Below, in pieces: positions 36,796 to 45,611 of a stretch of DNA of 64,000 bases (position 1 is the stretch's first letter; every line of letters starts with the position of its first letter). Source of the DNA: Actinomycetota bacterium (GTDB lineage Bacteria; Actinomycetota; Actinomycetes; JACCUZ01); contig JAVEDI010000054.1 in assembly GCA_030841035.1 (NCBI GenBank), positions 5,048 to 69,047 of the forward strand. The letters are read 5' to 3'. The notes under the pieces are model-generated. The model was not told the origin of the DNA. It made no database searches and saw nothing but the letters and a program-made list of their open reading frames with translations. The position numbers and the translations under genes are program-made.

Positions 36796-37200
36796 TCAGG
36801 TGGCGGGACCGGCCCGCTCGATGGCGAAGCGGACGGCGACCCGCCCCTCGCGCACCATCGCGGCGCGGTAGTCGTCCCAGTTGTCGTGCTCGCCGCTGGC
36901 CCGGCGGAAGTAGTCCACCAGCACGTCGAGCGCCTCGGGCTGCTCGACGATCTCCGCGGTCCCCTCGACCTGCCCCCAGTCGCCGAAGAACCCGTTGTTG
37001 AGCAGGCACAGCGCTATCGACGGGTTCCGGCGCAGGTTGCGTGTCTTCGCGGCGCCCTCCGTGGTCGAGACGACGACCCGACCCTGGTCGTCGACCACGG
37101 CGAGGACCGGCGACATCTGGGGGCGACCGTCGGCGCGGAACGTCGACAGCACGGCGCGGTGGTTGTCACGCAGGAAGGCGCGGGCGTCCTCGGGTGTCAC
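36796..37200 (-). CDS. PPOX-class F420-dependent oxidoreductase
   Basis: LSTFRADGRPQMSPV, AKTRNLRRNP and YRAAMVREGR. Confidence 0.88.
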   Translation of the reverse strand: MTPEDARAFLRDNHRAVLSTFRADGRPQMSPVLAVVDDQGRVVVSTTEGAAKTRNLRRNPSIALCLLNNGFFGDWGQVEGTAEIVEQPEALDVLVDYFRRASGEHDNWDDYRAAMVREGRVAVRFAIERAGPAT

Positions 37201-37227
37201 GGCGCTGCCTGTCGAGGGGACACGACG

Positions 37228-37458
37228 TCAGGCGTGGCGGCGGGCGCCGCGCCGCTTGTCGTGCTCGTGCACGATCGCGGTCGCGTGGCCGTGGGAGAGC
37301 CCGTGTTCGTCGCGCAGCCAGTTGACGCGCTCCTCGAAGCGCAGCAGGCCGGGACCGTTCTCGAGGGCTTGGAACCACTCGGGCAGATCGCGTCCGGTGG
37401 CGACCGGCACGCGCTCGATCAGCTGCTGATGCGTTGCCTCGGAGTGGTGCAGGGACAT
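37228..37458 (-). CDS. DUF4287 family small protein
   Basis: TGRDLPEWF and WLRDEHGLSHGHATAIVH; GGAGG RBS. Confidence 0.8.
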   Translation of the reverse strand: MSLHHSEATHQQLIERVPVATGRDLPEWFQALENGPGLLRFEERVNWLRDEHGLSHGHATAIVHEHDKRRGARRHA

Positions 37459-37681
37459 CGGGCGCCTCCACGGGTGGTTCGTCAGTGGTCCATGGTCCGA
37501 GCCTGCCTGACGGAGGCGGGTCACCACAACCCCGGCAGGCGGGTTCGACCCGCTTCAGCCCTGCGGAGCTGCTGCGGGAAGCAGTGGGTAGGGACGCTGC
37601 CGGATCGTGGGATCGTCCGGACGTGGACCGCCGAACGATGTCGCTCAGCGGCACCCGAAGGCGGATGGCTAGGCTCCGGGC

Positions 37682-38236
37682 ATGAGTGATGTCGACTCCC
37701 GGTCCGCCTCGTCTGCGGCCGCCGAGGTCGAGTCCCTGCTGTCAGTTCTCGAACGTAATCGGCGGACCTTCGCGTGGAAGACGTCGGGTCTGGACGAGGA
37801 GGGCATGCGCGCCACCACGGGTGCGAGTGCGATGACCCTGGGTGGTCTCGTCAAGCATGTCGCGCTGGTCGAGGCAGACTGGCTGGCTGTCAAGCTCGCC
37901 GGCCAGGCGTACGGACGCCCGTGGGACGGAGTGGACTTCGACGCCGATCCCGACTGGGAATGGCGCACCGGGGCGCTGGATGCTCCGCAGGACGTGCACG
38001 GACTCTGGCGAGACGCGGTCGAGCGGTCGCGCGAGCTGGTCGCCGAGGTGATCAGCGAGCGCGGGCTCGATGGACCCGCGTCCTTCACCTGGCCGGACGG
38101 GCGCACACCGAGCGTCCGCGTCATGCTCTTGGACATGATCGAGGAGTATGCGCGTCATACGGGCCACGCGGACATCCTGCGCGAGGCAGTCGATGGTCGC
38201 GTGGGAGAAAGCGCACCGCAGGACTTCACCTTCTAG
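37682..38236 (+). CDS. DinB-like protein (DUF664; mycothiol transferase superfamily)
   Basis: MTLGGLVKHVALVE and MIEEYARHTGHADILREAVDG. Confidence 0.88.
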   Translation: MSDVDSRSASSAAAEVESLLSVLERNRRTFAWKTSGLDEEGMRATTGASAMTLGGLVKHVALVEADWLAVKLAGQAYGRPWDGVDFDADPDWEWRTGALDAPQDVHGLWRDAVERSRELVAEVISERGLDGPASFTWPDGRTPSVRVMLLDMIEEYARHTGHADILREAVDGRVGESAPQDFTF

Positions 38237-38309
38237 AACGTCGGCAACGGCCGCTCTCGGCGCGCAGCGCCCGACCACGCCGCTGGCGGGGTGTTGGGAG
38301 ACCGCAGGC

Positions 38310-38831
38310 GTGGCCTCGAGGAGATCCAGTGGCGTCGGAGTGCGGCACGTGCTCGGCAGCGAGCACCACCGCCTGCGACAGCTGCGCCTCGCGTCGCTTG
38401 CCGGCGACCCGCAGGCGTTCGGCTCCACGTATGCGCGCGAAGCCGCTCAGCCGATGGCGTGGTGGGAGCGGTGGGCTGAGCAGTCCGAGCGGGGAACCAG
38501 CCAGCGCACGTTCGTGCTCGAGGCCGACGACGGACGATGGCTCGGACTGGCGCTTGTCCGTCTTGACGAGCAGAGCTCCGGCTCGGCGGTCCTCAACGCG
38601 ATGTGGGTAGCGCCCGCGGCTCGTGGTCGTCGCCTGGCCGCTCTGCTGTGCGAGGCGTGCGCCGGGTGGGCGGCCGAGCGCAGGTGCCTCGAGCTGACGC
38701 TCACGGTCGTGGTCGACAACGGCGCGGCTCGTCGCGCCTATGAGCTGGCAGGCTTCGCGGTCTGCGGCGAGACGACATGGGTGCGCGACGGGCGCACCCT
38801 GGAGGAGCTCGTCATGGCCCGCGCGCTGTAG
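38310..38831 (+). CDS. GNAT family N-acetyltransferase
   Basis: LRLASLAGDPQAFGST, AMWVAPAARGR and NGAARRAYELAGF; start uncertain. Confidence 0.82.
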   Translation: MASRRSSGVGVRHVLGSEHHRLRQLRLASLAGDPQAFGSTYAREAAQPMAWWERWAEQSERGTSQRTFVLEADDGRWLGLALVRLDEQSSGSAVLNAMWVAPAARGRRLAALLCEACAGWAAERRCLELTLTVVVDNGAARRAYELAGFAVCGETTWVRDGRTLEELVMARAL

Positions 38832-38894
38832 CGCGCTCCGTTAGGGGACCCAGTCCTGCGACGAGGCCGGACCTGGATCGCCTACTGTGGCGGC

Positions 38895-39326
38895 GTGTCG
38901 CCCGCTGCGCAACATGACCGGCCGGCCGGGGCGGATCCCGCGAGCTGGGCGGGCGAGGTGGCGGCGGTGGCCGCCGACGTACGCCGCGTGGCCGAGCGCC
39001 TGAGCAGCCTCTCGCAGGCCCGCCTGACCGGCGCCGTACCGGGCTTCGCCAGCTGCGCGGACGCGGCGCGGCGGACCGCCCAGGTGCTCGCGGACGCCGC
39101 GGCCGGTCTGGAGGCGGGCCAGCACGCTCCGAGCTGGCGGGAGGTGCCGCTGCTGGGCGACTTCAGCGTCGCCGACCAGGTCGCGGTGACCGGCCACGAC
39201 GCCGCGGCGGCGCTAGGACGTGCCGCGCCCACCGATCCCGCCTGGACCCGCGAAGGGCCTGCCGACGCCGGCCGGGTGCTGGCGGACGCCCGCGGCGCCC
39301 TCGCCGAGCTCCGCCGTCTGCTCTGA
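38895..39326 (+). CDS. Hypothetical protein
   Basis: Coding-like codon usage; fills the gap up to the convergent thiolase; no family recognised. Confidence 0.6.
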   Translation: MSPAAQHDRPAGADPASWAGEVAAVAADVRRVAERLSSLSQARLTGAVPGFASCADAARRTAQVLADAAAGLEAGQHAPSWREVPLLGDFSVADQVAVTGHDAAAALGRAAPTDPAWTREGPADAGRVLADARGALAELRRLL

Positions 39327-39353
39327 GCCGGGTGCTCGCGGCCGGCGTGGTGG

Positions 39354-40577
39354 CTAGGACAGCCGCTGCAGCACCATCGCCATGCCCTGACCCCCGCCCA
39401 CGCACATCGTCACCAGCCCGAGCTCCTTGTCGCGGCTGACCAGCCCGTTGAGCAGCGTCGCGGTGAGGCGAGCGCCGGTAGCGCCGAAGGGGTGGCCGAG
39501 CGCGATGGCACCGCCGTGCACGTTGAGCCGGTCGATGTCGATGCCCAGCTCCCGGTAGGAGGGGATCACCTGGGCGGCGAACGCCTCGTTGATCTCCACG
39601 AGGTCGATGTCGTCGATCGTCAGGCCGCCCAGCGCCAGGGCCCGGCGCGACGACTCGACCGGCCCGAGGCCCATGATCTCGGGGGAGAGCCCCGAGACGC
39701 CGGTCGCCACGATGCGGGCGAGTGGGGTGATGCCCAGTTCGGCTGCTCTCGTGTCGGACATGACGACCACCGCCGCCGCGCCGTCGTTGAGCGGGCAGCA
39801 GTTGCCCGCCGTCACGGTGCCCTGATCCCGGAAGACCGGCTGGAGCGCGCTGACGCCCTCGAGCGTCACGCCGGGTCGGGGACCGTCGTCGCGGGTCACC
39901 ACCGTGCCGTCCGGGGTGGTCACCGGCGTGATCTCGCGGTCGAAGAAGCCGTCGGCGATGGCCTTCTCGGCGAGGTTCTGGGAGCGCACACCGAACTCGT
40001 CCTGCTCGGCGCGAGTGATGCCACGCGAGGAGGCGAGGTTCTCGGCGGTCTGACCCATGGCGATGTAGACGTCGGGCAGCAGGGCGTCCTGGCGCGGGTC
40101 GTGCCACGGCTGGTTGGTCCTCGCGGTGGCCTCGGTCCGCGCCCGAGCCTCGTCGAAGATCGGGTTGAGGAACGCGTCCGGGGCCCCACCGGCGCCGCGG
40201 AAGGCCGCATAGCGCGAGACGCACTCGACGCCGGCCGAGATGAACGCGTGCCCTTCACCTGCCTTGATGGCGTGCAAGGCCATCCGCGAGGTCTGCACCG
40301 AGGACGCACAGAACCGGTTGACGGTCGTGCCGGGCAGGGGGTCGCGGCCGAGGGCGACCGCCACCCGGCGGGCCATGTTGACGCCCTGCTCACCCTCGGG
40401 CTCGGCGCAACCGAGCAGCAGGTCGTCGATCTCGCTCAGGCCGAGCGCCGGCACGGTGTCCAGCGCCGCCTGCACGATCGTGGTCGCCAGGTCGTCAGGG
40501 CGCACGTCCTTGAGCGAGCCCTTGAAGGCACGCCCGATGGGGCTGCGCGCCGTCGCCACGATGACTGCCTCGGGCAT
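39354..40577 (-). CDS. Acetyl-CoA C-acetyltransferase (thiolase)
   Basis: ARSPIGRAFKG, NRFCASS, NEAFAAQ, GHPFGATG and MCVGGGQG. Confidence 0.95.
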   Translation of the reverse strand: MPEAVIVATARSPIGRAFKGSLKDVRPDDLATTIVQAALDTVPALGLSEIDDLLLGCAEPEGEQGVNMARRVAVALGRDPLPGTTVNRFCASSVQTSRMALHAIKAGEGHAFISAGVECVSRYAAFRGAGGAPDAFLNPIFDEARARTEATARTNQPWHDPRQDALLPDVYIAMGQTAENLASSRGITRAEQDEFGVRSQNLAEKAIADGFFDREITPVTTPDGTVVTRDDGPRPGVTLEGVSALQPVFRDQGTVTAGNCCPLNDGAAAVVVMSDTRAAELGITPLARIVATGVSGLSPEIMGLGPVESSRRALALGGLTIDDIDLVEINEAFAAQVIPSYRELGIDIDRLNVHGGAIALGHPFGATGARLTATLLNGLVSRDKELGLVTMCVGGGQGMAMVLQRLS

Positions 40578-40659
40578 GACCGGCCTCCTCGGGAGGGGAT
40601 GGGGGCACCTGCCGGCCATTCAACCTGCTGGCCGCTCGCGGCGCTGCCTCGGGCCGGGG

Positions 40660-41763
40660 TCAGGACGGTGCGGGGGAGGACTCCTCGGGCACCGGCTCGG
40701 TGCCGTCGGCAGGGTCGGTCGGGTCCGGCTCCGCGGCCTGCTCGCGGGCGTCGCCCTCGGCCGCTGCGGCCACGGCCGGTGCGGTCTGACGAGGGCGGCG
40801 ACGCAGCAGCGCCCATCGGCCGCGCGGGCCACGCTCGGCGCCGCCCACCCGGGCGGGGCCGACCTCGGTGCCCGCCCGGTCGGCGGCCTCCACGGCGGCC
40901 ACCGCGATCGGTCGCACGCCCTCGCCGCGCAACAGGTCGGGCCGCTGCTCCTCGGTAGCCTCGAACCACACCTCCAGGGACGCGCACAGGGTCGGCAGCA
41001 GCGCCGCGGCGGCGCTCGCGTAGCCGGCGACCGAGGGGTGGAACCGGTCGGGCCCGAACATCTCGGCAGGCGACGCCTCGAACTCCGGGCCGAGGATGTC
41101 CCCGAGTGAGACGCTGCGACCGCCCGCCTCGACCACCGCGATCGTCTGCGCAGCAGCCAGCGCCCGGCTGGAGCGGCGGGCGATCCAGCGCAGCGGCTGA
41201 GGGACCGGCTCCACGGTGCCCAGATCCGGACAGGTGCCGACCACGACCTCGCTGCCGAGCTCGCGCAACCGGCGTACGGCCTGGTCGAGGTAGCGCACCG
41301 CGGTGGGCGGCCGCACTCGGTGGGTAACGTCGTTGGCGCCGATCATGATCACGGCGACGTCGGGCGGCCGGACGCCGCTCTCCAGCAGGCGGGTGATCTG
41401 GCCGTCGAGGTCGCTGCTCTGCGCTCCCACCACCGAGACGACCGAGAGCGCCACCGGCCGGTCGGCGCACTCGGCCAGCCCGGCGGCCATCATGGCGCCC
41501 GGCGTCTGGTGCGGGTGCTCGACCCCGAGCCCGCAGGCCGAGGAGTCGCCCAGGACCGCGAGCCGGATGGCTGGGCCGCTGTAGTGGCGCCCGTAGACGC
41601 CGTCGGCAAGGGGTGGCGTCCCCTCCGGCTCACCGATCGCCCGGCGCGCGAGGGCGGCCTCCGTGCGGATCAGCCCGAACGCACCGGCGGTCAGCAGGCC
41701 CAACCCCCCGCCACCGTAGGCGGCAGCGACGGCGACCCGGCGTGCGCGGCTGGCCCGGCTCAC
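40660..41763 (-). CDS. SGNH/GDSL hydrolase
   Basis: LGDSSACG, IGANDV and DRFHPS. Confidence 0.9.
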   Translation of the reverse strand: MSRASRARRVAVAAAYGGGGLGLLTAGAFGLIRTEAALARRAIGEPEGTPPLADGVYGRHYSGPAIRLAVLGDSSACGLGVEHPHQTPGAMMAAGLAECADRPVALSVVSVVGAQSSDLDGQITRLLESGVRPPDVAVIMIGANDVTHRVRPPTAVRYLDQAVRRLRELGSEVVVGTCPDLGTVEPVPQPLRWIARRSSRALAAAQTIAVVEAGGRSVSLGDILGPEFEASPAEMFGPDRFHPSVAGYASAAAALLPTLCASLEVWFEATEEQRPDLLRGEGVRPIAVAAVEAADRAGTEVGPARVGGAERGPRGRWALLRRRPRQTAPAVAAAAEGDAREQAAEPDPTDPADGTEPVPEESSPAPS

Positions 41764-42476
41764 CCTTCGCCCGCATTGCGCCGCAGGAAGCCGCGCACCG
41801 CCTCGCGAGCGCCCTCGCGGATCTCGGGCCCGTGCGTGAACGCCGCCACCTGGTAGTCCAGCTCGCCGAGCACGTGCGCGGTCTGCTTGCCCAGCTTCGC
41901 GTCGGTGCACGACGCCGCGATCGGCCAGGTCATGCGGGCGCGCATGTTCCAGATGCAGTCGCCGGTGACGAGCACCTGGCTGGGCTCGTGCAGCAGCGCG
42001 ACGTGCCCCGGCGTGTGGCCCGGCGTGTGCAGCACGCGCAGGCCGCCGGCGACGTCGAGCAGCTGGCCGTCGCTCAGCTCCTCGTCGACCTGGGTCGGCA
42101 GGGAGCCCCGGCTGCGGCGCAGCAGCCGCCCGCCGAGCCCGGAGCGGTCGAGCACCGGCCCTTTGCCCTCGCGCACGTAGGGGGCGTCTCGTTCGTGCAC
42201 GGCGACCCGCCCCGGCGTACGCCCACGCAGCGCCGACAGGCCTCCGACATGGTCGGGGTGCGCGTGGGTCACGATGATGCGCGTGACGTCGGACGGCGTC
42301 GCGCCGATGTGCTCCAGCCCGTCGACGATGCGCTGCGGTGCCCGCTTCGTGCCGGCGTCGACGAGCGTGACCTGACCGTCGTCGTCGAGGAAGGCGAAGG
42401 TGTTGACCAGGTCCAGAGGGGTGGTCGGGATGCGCCACACGCCGGGCGCGAGCTGCACGGCCGGTGTCCTCGCCAC
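41760..42476 (-). CDS. MBL-fold metallo-hydrolase
   Basis: LVDAG, THAHPDHVGG, HTPGHTPGH and TGD; GTGA coupling to the SGNH gene. Confidence 0.9.
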   Translation of the reverse strand: MARTPAVQLAPGVWRIPTTPLDLVNTFAFLDDDGQVTLVDAGTKRAPQRIVDGLEHIGATPSDVTRIIVTHAHPDHVGGLSALRGRTPGRVAVHERDAPYVREGKGPVLDRSGLGGRLLRRSRGSLPTQVDEELSDGQLLDVAGGLRVLHTPGHTPGHVALLHEPSQVLVTGDCIWNMRARMTWPIAASCTDAKLGKQTAHVLGELDYQVAAFTHGPEIREGAREAVRGFLRRNAGEG

Positions 42477-42536
42477 CCTCGGAATGTATCGGACACGCCT
42501 GACGAGGCCGCGTGCCGCGGCCTCTACGCTCTGACC

Positions 42537-43907
42537 ATGGAGTTCGCGGAGTCCGTCGTCGACCTGATCGGCAACACCCCTTTGGTCAAGCTGTCCTCGG
42601 TCGCCGCCGACGTCCCCGCGACCGTGCTGGCCAAGGTCGAGTACTTCAACCCCGGGGGGTCGGTGAAGGACCGCATCGCGCTGCGGATGGTCGAGGCGGC
42701 CGAGAAGTCGGGCGAGCTGCCTCCGGGCGGCACGATCGTCGAACCGACGTCGGGCAATACCGGCGTGGGCCTGGCCATCGTCGCCCAGCGCAAGGGTTAC
42801 GACTGCGTGTTCGTGCTCCCCGACAAGGTCTCCCAGGACAAGATCAACGTCCTGACGGCGTACGGCGCGCGGGTGGAGGTCTGCCCGACCGCCGTCGCGC
42901 CCGAGGACCCCCGCTCCTACTACTCGGTCAGTGACCGGCTGGTCCGGGAGATCCCGTCGGCCTGGAAGCCCGACCAGTACTCCAACCCCAACAACGCCCG
43001 TTCCCACTACGAGACGACCGGCCCGGAGATCTGGCGCCAGACCGACGGGCGTATCACGCACTTCGTCGCGGGCGTCGGGACCGGTGGCACCATCAGCGGC
43101 ACCGGTCGCTACCTCAAGGAGGCCAGCGACGGCCGGGTCCGGGTCGTCGGTGCCGACCCGGAGGGCTCGGTGTACTCGGGCGGGACCGGACGGCCGTACC
43201 TCGTCGAAGGTGTGGGGGAGGACTTCTGGCCGCAGGCCTACGACCCGACGGTGTCCGATGAGATCGTGCCGGTCAGTGACCGCGACTCGTTCCTCATGAC
43301 CCGACGTCTGGCCCGCGAGGAGGGCCTGCTGGTCGGCGGGTCCTGCGGCATGGCGGTCGTCGCGGCGCTGGGCGTCGCGTCGCGGGCGACCGCGGACGAC
43401 CTCGTCGTCGTGCTGCTGCCCGACGGCGGGCGCGGCTACCTCGGGAAGATCTTCAGCGACGACTGGATGGCCGACTACGGCTTCACGTCGCGGGCGGTCT
43501 CCGGCGTGACGGTCGGTGACGTGCTGCGGCGCAAGGGCGAGGCGGCCCCGGCGCTGATCCACGTGCACCCCAACGAGACGGTTCGCGAGGCCATCGACAT
43601 CCTGCGCGAGTACGCCGTCTCGCAGATGCCGGTCGTCAAGGCCGAGCCGCCGGTCACGGCGGGCGAGGTCGTGGGGTCGGTCATCGAGAAGGAGCTGCTC
43701 GACCTGCTGTTCTCCGGCCGGGCCCACCTGGCCGACCCGCTCGAGCGGCACATGTCCGCCCCCCTGCCGATCGTCGGCTCCGGCGAGCCGGTCGTCGCCG
43801 CGACCGCGGCGCTGGAGAACGCCGACGCCGTGCTGGTGCACGACGACGGCAAGCCGAGCGGCGTGCTCACCCGCCAGGACCTGCTCAGCTTCCTCGCCTC
43901 GGTGTGA
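42537..43907 (+). CDS. cbs: Cystathionine beta-synthase
   Basis: IGNTPLV, NPGGSVKDR, EPTSGNTG, GTGGT and C-terminal CBS domains. Confidence 0.95.
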   Translation: MEFAESVVDLIGNTPLVKLSSVAADVPATVLAKVEYFNPGGSVKDRIALRMVEAAEKSGELPPGGTIVEPTSGNTGVGLAIVAQRKGYDCVFVLPDKVSQDKINVLTAYGARVEVCPTAVAPEDPRSYYSVSDRLVREIPSAWKPDQYSNPNNARSHYETTGPEIWRQTDGRITHFVAGVGTGGTISGTGRYLKEASDGRVRVVGADPEGSVYSGGTGRPYLVEGVGEDFWPQAYDPTVSDEIVPVSDRDSFLMTRRLAREEGLLVGGSCGMAVVAALGVASRATADDLVVVLLPDGGRGYLGKIFSDDWMADYGFTSRAVSGVTVGDVLRRKGEAAPALIHVHPNETVREAIDILREYAVSQMPVVKAEPPVTAGEVVGSVIEKELLDLLFSGRAHLADPLERHMSAPLPIVGSGEPVVAATAALENADAVLVHDDGKPSGVLTRQDLLSFLASV

Positions 43908-43947
43908 GCATCCCATCGGGGGTCGCCCGGCGCGGGCCCACCCGCCA

Positions 43948-43972
43948 GATTGGAGGACGTCGCCCCGGGTAG
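43948..43972 (+). promoter_or_regulatory. Candidate SigB/SigF-type stress promoter for the peptide operon
   Basis: GATT-N15-GGGTAG about 80 nt upstream of the peptide start. Confidence 0.3.
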
Positions 43973-44051
43973 GACGGCCCCGCGACCGTGACCGCACCCG
44001 ACGTGCGACAAGATCACGGCGTACTCCCCTACCAGGTACTAGGAGGTTCGG

Positions 44052-44279
44052 ATGACGCTCGACGACACGACCACCCCTGACGAGCGCGGCCCCGCCGACG
44101 GCGGTGCGGGCGGCGTTCCCGGGGAGAGCGACGGCGGAGCCGACGGCGGTGCCCACGGCCCCGCGGACGGCGGCGCGAGCGGTGCGCCCGGCGGCACTGA
44201 CGGTGGCGCCGACGGCGGCGCCGACGCCGATGGTGGCGCGGACGGCGGCGCGGACGCTGGAGCCGACGGCGGCGCCTGA
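44052..44279 (+). CDS. Small DGGA-repeat acidic peptide (putative RiPP-like precursor/substrate)
   Basis: AGGAGG RBS at 44041-44046; 75 aa with a 15-aa unique N-terminus, 9x DGGA and 1x DAGA; synonymous codons vary between repeats. Confidence 0.8.
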   Translation: MTLDDTTTPDERGPADGGAGGVPGESDGGADGGAHGPADGGASGAPGGTDGGADGGADADGGADGGADAGADGGA

Positions 44280-44345
44280 GCTGCCTGACGCCAGGAGCAC
44301 GAGCTGACCAGCCCCGATGGCGGTCAGGGGGCGGCCGGGTCCGCG

Positions 44346-45611
44346 GTGACGGGACCCGGTCGCCCCGCGCTGCGCCGTTGCGTCGCCGCCGACCCCGACC
44401 TGTTCGCGCGCGAGCTCTGGTCGCGGGCGCCGGTGCTCTCGACGTACGACGCCCTGGGTGCGGTCGGCTTTGCGGACCTCTTCTCGCTCGAGGCCGTCGA
44501 CGAGCTGCTCTCCCGGCGGGGGCTGCGCACGCCGTTCATCCGCATCGCGAGGAACGGCGAGCTGGTGGGTGAGCGGCGCTTCACCCGCTCGGGCGGCACC
44601 GGTGCCACCATCGCCGACCAGGTCGCGGACGACCGGGTGCTGGCGCTCTTCGCCGACGGGCACACCGTGGTGCTGCAGGGGCTGCACCGGCTGTGGCCCC
44701 CGCTCATCGACTTCGCGGGCTCGCTGACGAGCGACCTCGGCCACCCGGTCCAGATCAACGCCTACGTCACCCCACCGGCATCGCGCGGCTTCTCGGCCCA
44801 CTACGACGTGCACGACGTGTTCGTGCTGCAGGTCGCCGGCGAGAAGCGGTGGCGCATCCACGAGCCGGTGCTGCGCGAGCCGCTGCGCTCGCAGCCGTGG
44901 ACCGACCGCCGGGCGGCGGTCGAGGCCCGCGCCACCGAGCCTCCCGTCATCGACGAGGTGCTGCGGCCGGGTGACGCCCTGTACCTCCCGCGCGGCTACC
45001 TGCACGCCGCCGAGGCGCTGGGTGGCGTGTCCTGCCACCTGACCGTGGGCATCCACCCGATCACCCGCCAGGCGGTGCTGGCGTCGCTGGTGGCGTTGCT
45101 CGGCGAGGACTCGGCCCTGCGGGCCTCCCTGCCCCTCGGCGTGGACCTGTCGGACCCGGCGGCCATCGAGGCCGACGTGCAGGCCACCGTCGCGGTCCTC
45201 ACCGAGCGGCTGCGGTCGGTGAGCCCCGCGGAGGTGGCGCAGCGGCTGGCCGAGCGCTCCGTGGCGAGCACCCGGCCGGCGCCGATCGCTCCGCTGGCCC
45301 AGGCGGGGGCGCTCGCGACGCTCGACGGCGCGAGCGTGCTCGTGGGGAGAGGCCATCTGCAGCACGCCGTCCGCGACGACGGTGATGAGGTGGTCCTGAC
45401 GCTGCCCGACCGCACGCTGCGCCTGCCCGCCGCGCACGGCAAGGCGCTGCGCGCCACCCTGGACGGCGCTCGGATCGCCGTGCGTGACCTGCCCGGGCTG
45501 GACCTGGACGCCGCGCTCGCGCTGGCCGGTCGGCTGGTCCGCGAGGGGATCGCCGTCCTGGAGGTCCCGACCGGGACCGGCACCGGGCCCACCGCCGACC
45601 ACACGCAGTGA
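44346..45611 (+). CDS. JmjC/cupin-4 Fe(II)/2-oxoglutarate oxygenase (ribosomal-oxygenase YcfD/NO66-like fold)
   Basis: NAYVTP...GFSAHYDVHDVFVLQVAGEKRW (HxD and Lys) and PGDALYLPRGYLHAA (distal His). Confidence 0.9.
   Translation: MTGPGRPALRRCVAADPDLFARELWSRAPVLSTYDALGAVGFADLFSLEAVDELLSRRGLRTPFIRIARNGELVGERRFTRSGGTGATIADQVADDRVLALFADGHTVVLQGLHRLWPPLIDFAGSLTSDLGHPVQINAYVTPPASRGFSAHYDVHDVFVLQVAGEKRWRIHEPVLREPLRSQPWTDRRAAVEARATEPPVIDEVLRPGDALYLPRGYLHAAEALGGVSCHLTVGIHPITRQAVLASLVALLGEDSALRASLPLGVDLSDPAAIEADVQATVAVLTERLRSVSPAEVAQRLAERSVASTRPAPIAPLAQAGALATLDGASVLVGRGHLQHAVRDDGDEVVLTLPDRTLRLPAAHGKALRATLDGARIAVRDLPGLDLDAALALAGRLVREGIAVLEVPTGTGTGPTADHTQ

Noticed and set aside
35810..39326. Integrative element at tRNA-Leu
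   Set aside because: I saw no integrase or transposase and no duplicated tRNA 3' end.
44104..44307. Alternative-frame 67-aa ORF (PTAAPT-like repeats) over the DGGA peptide
   Set aside because: It has no RBS; the 44052 frame has AGGAGG, G/C-ending codons and synonymous variation that preserves DGGA.
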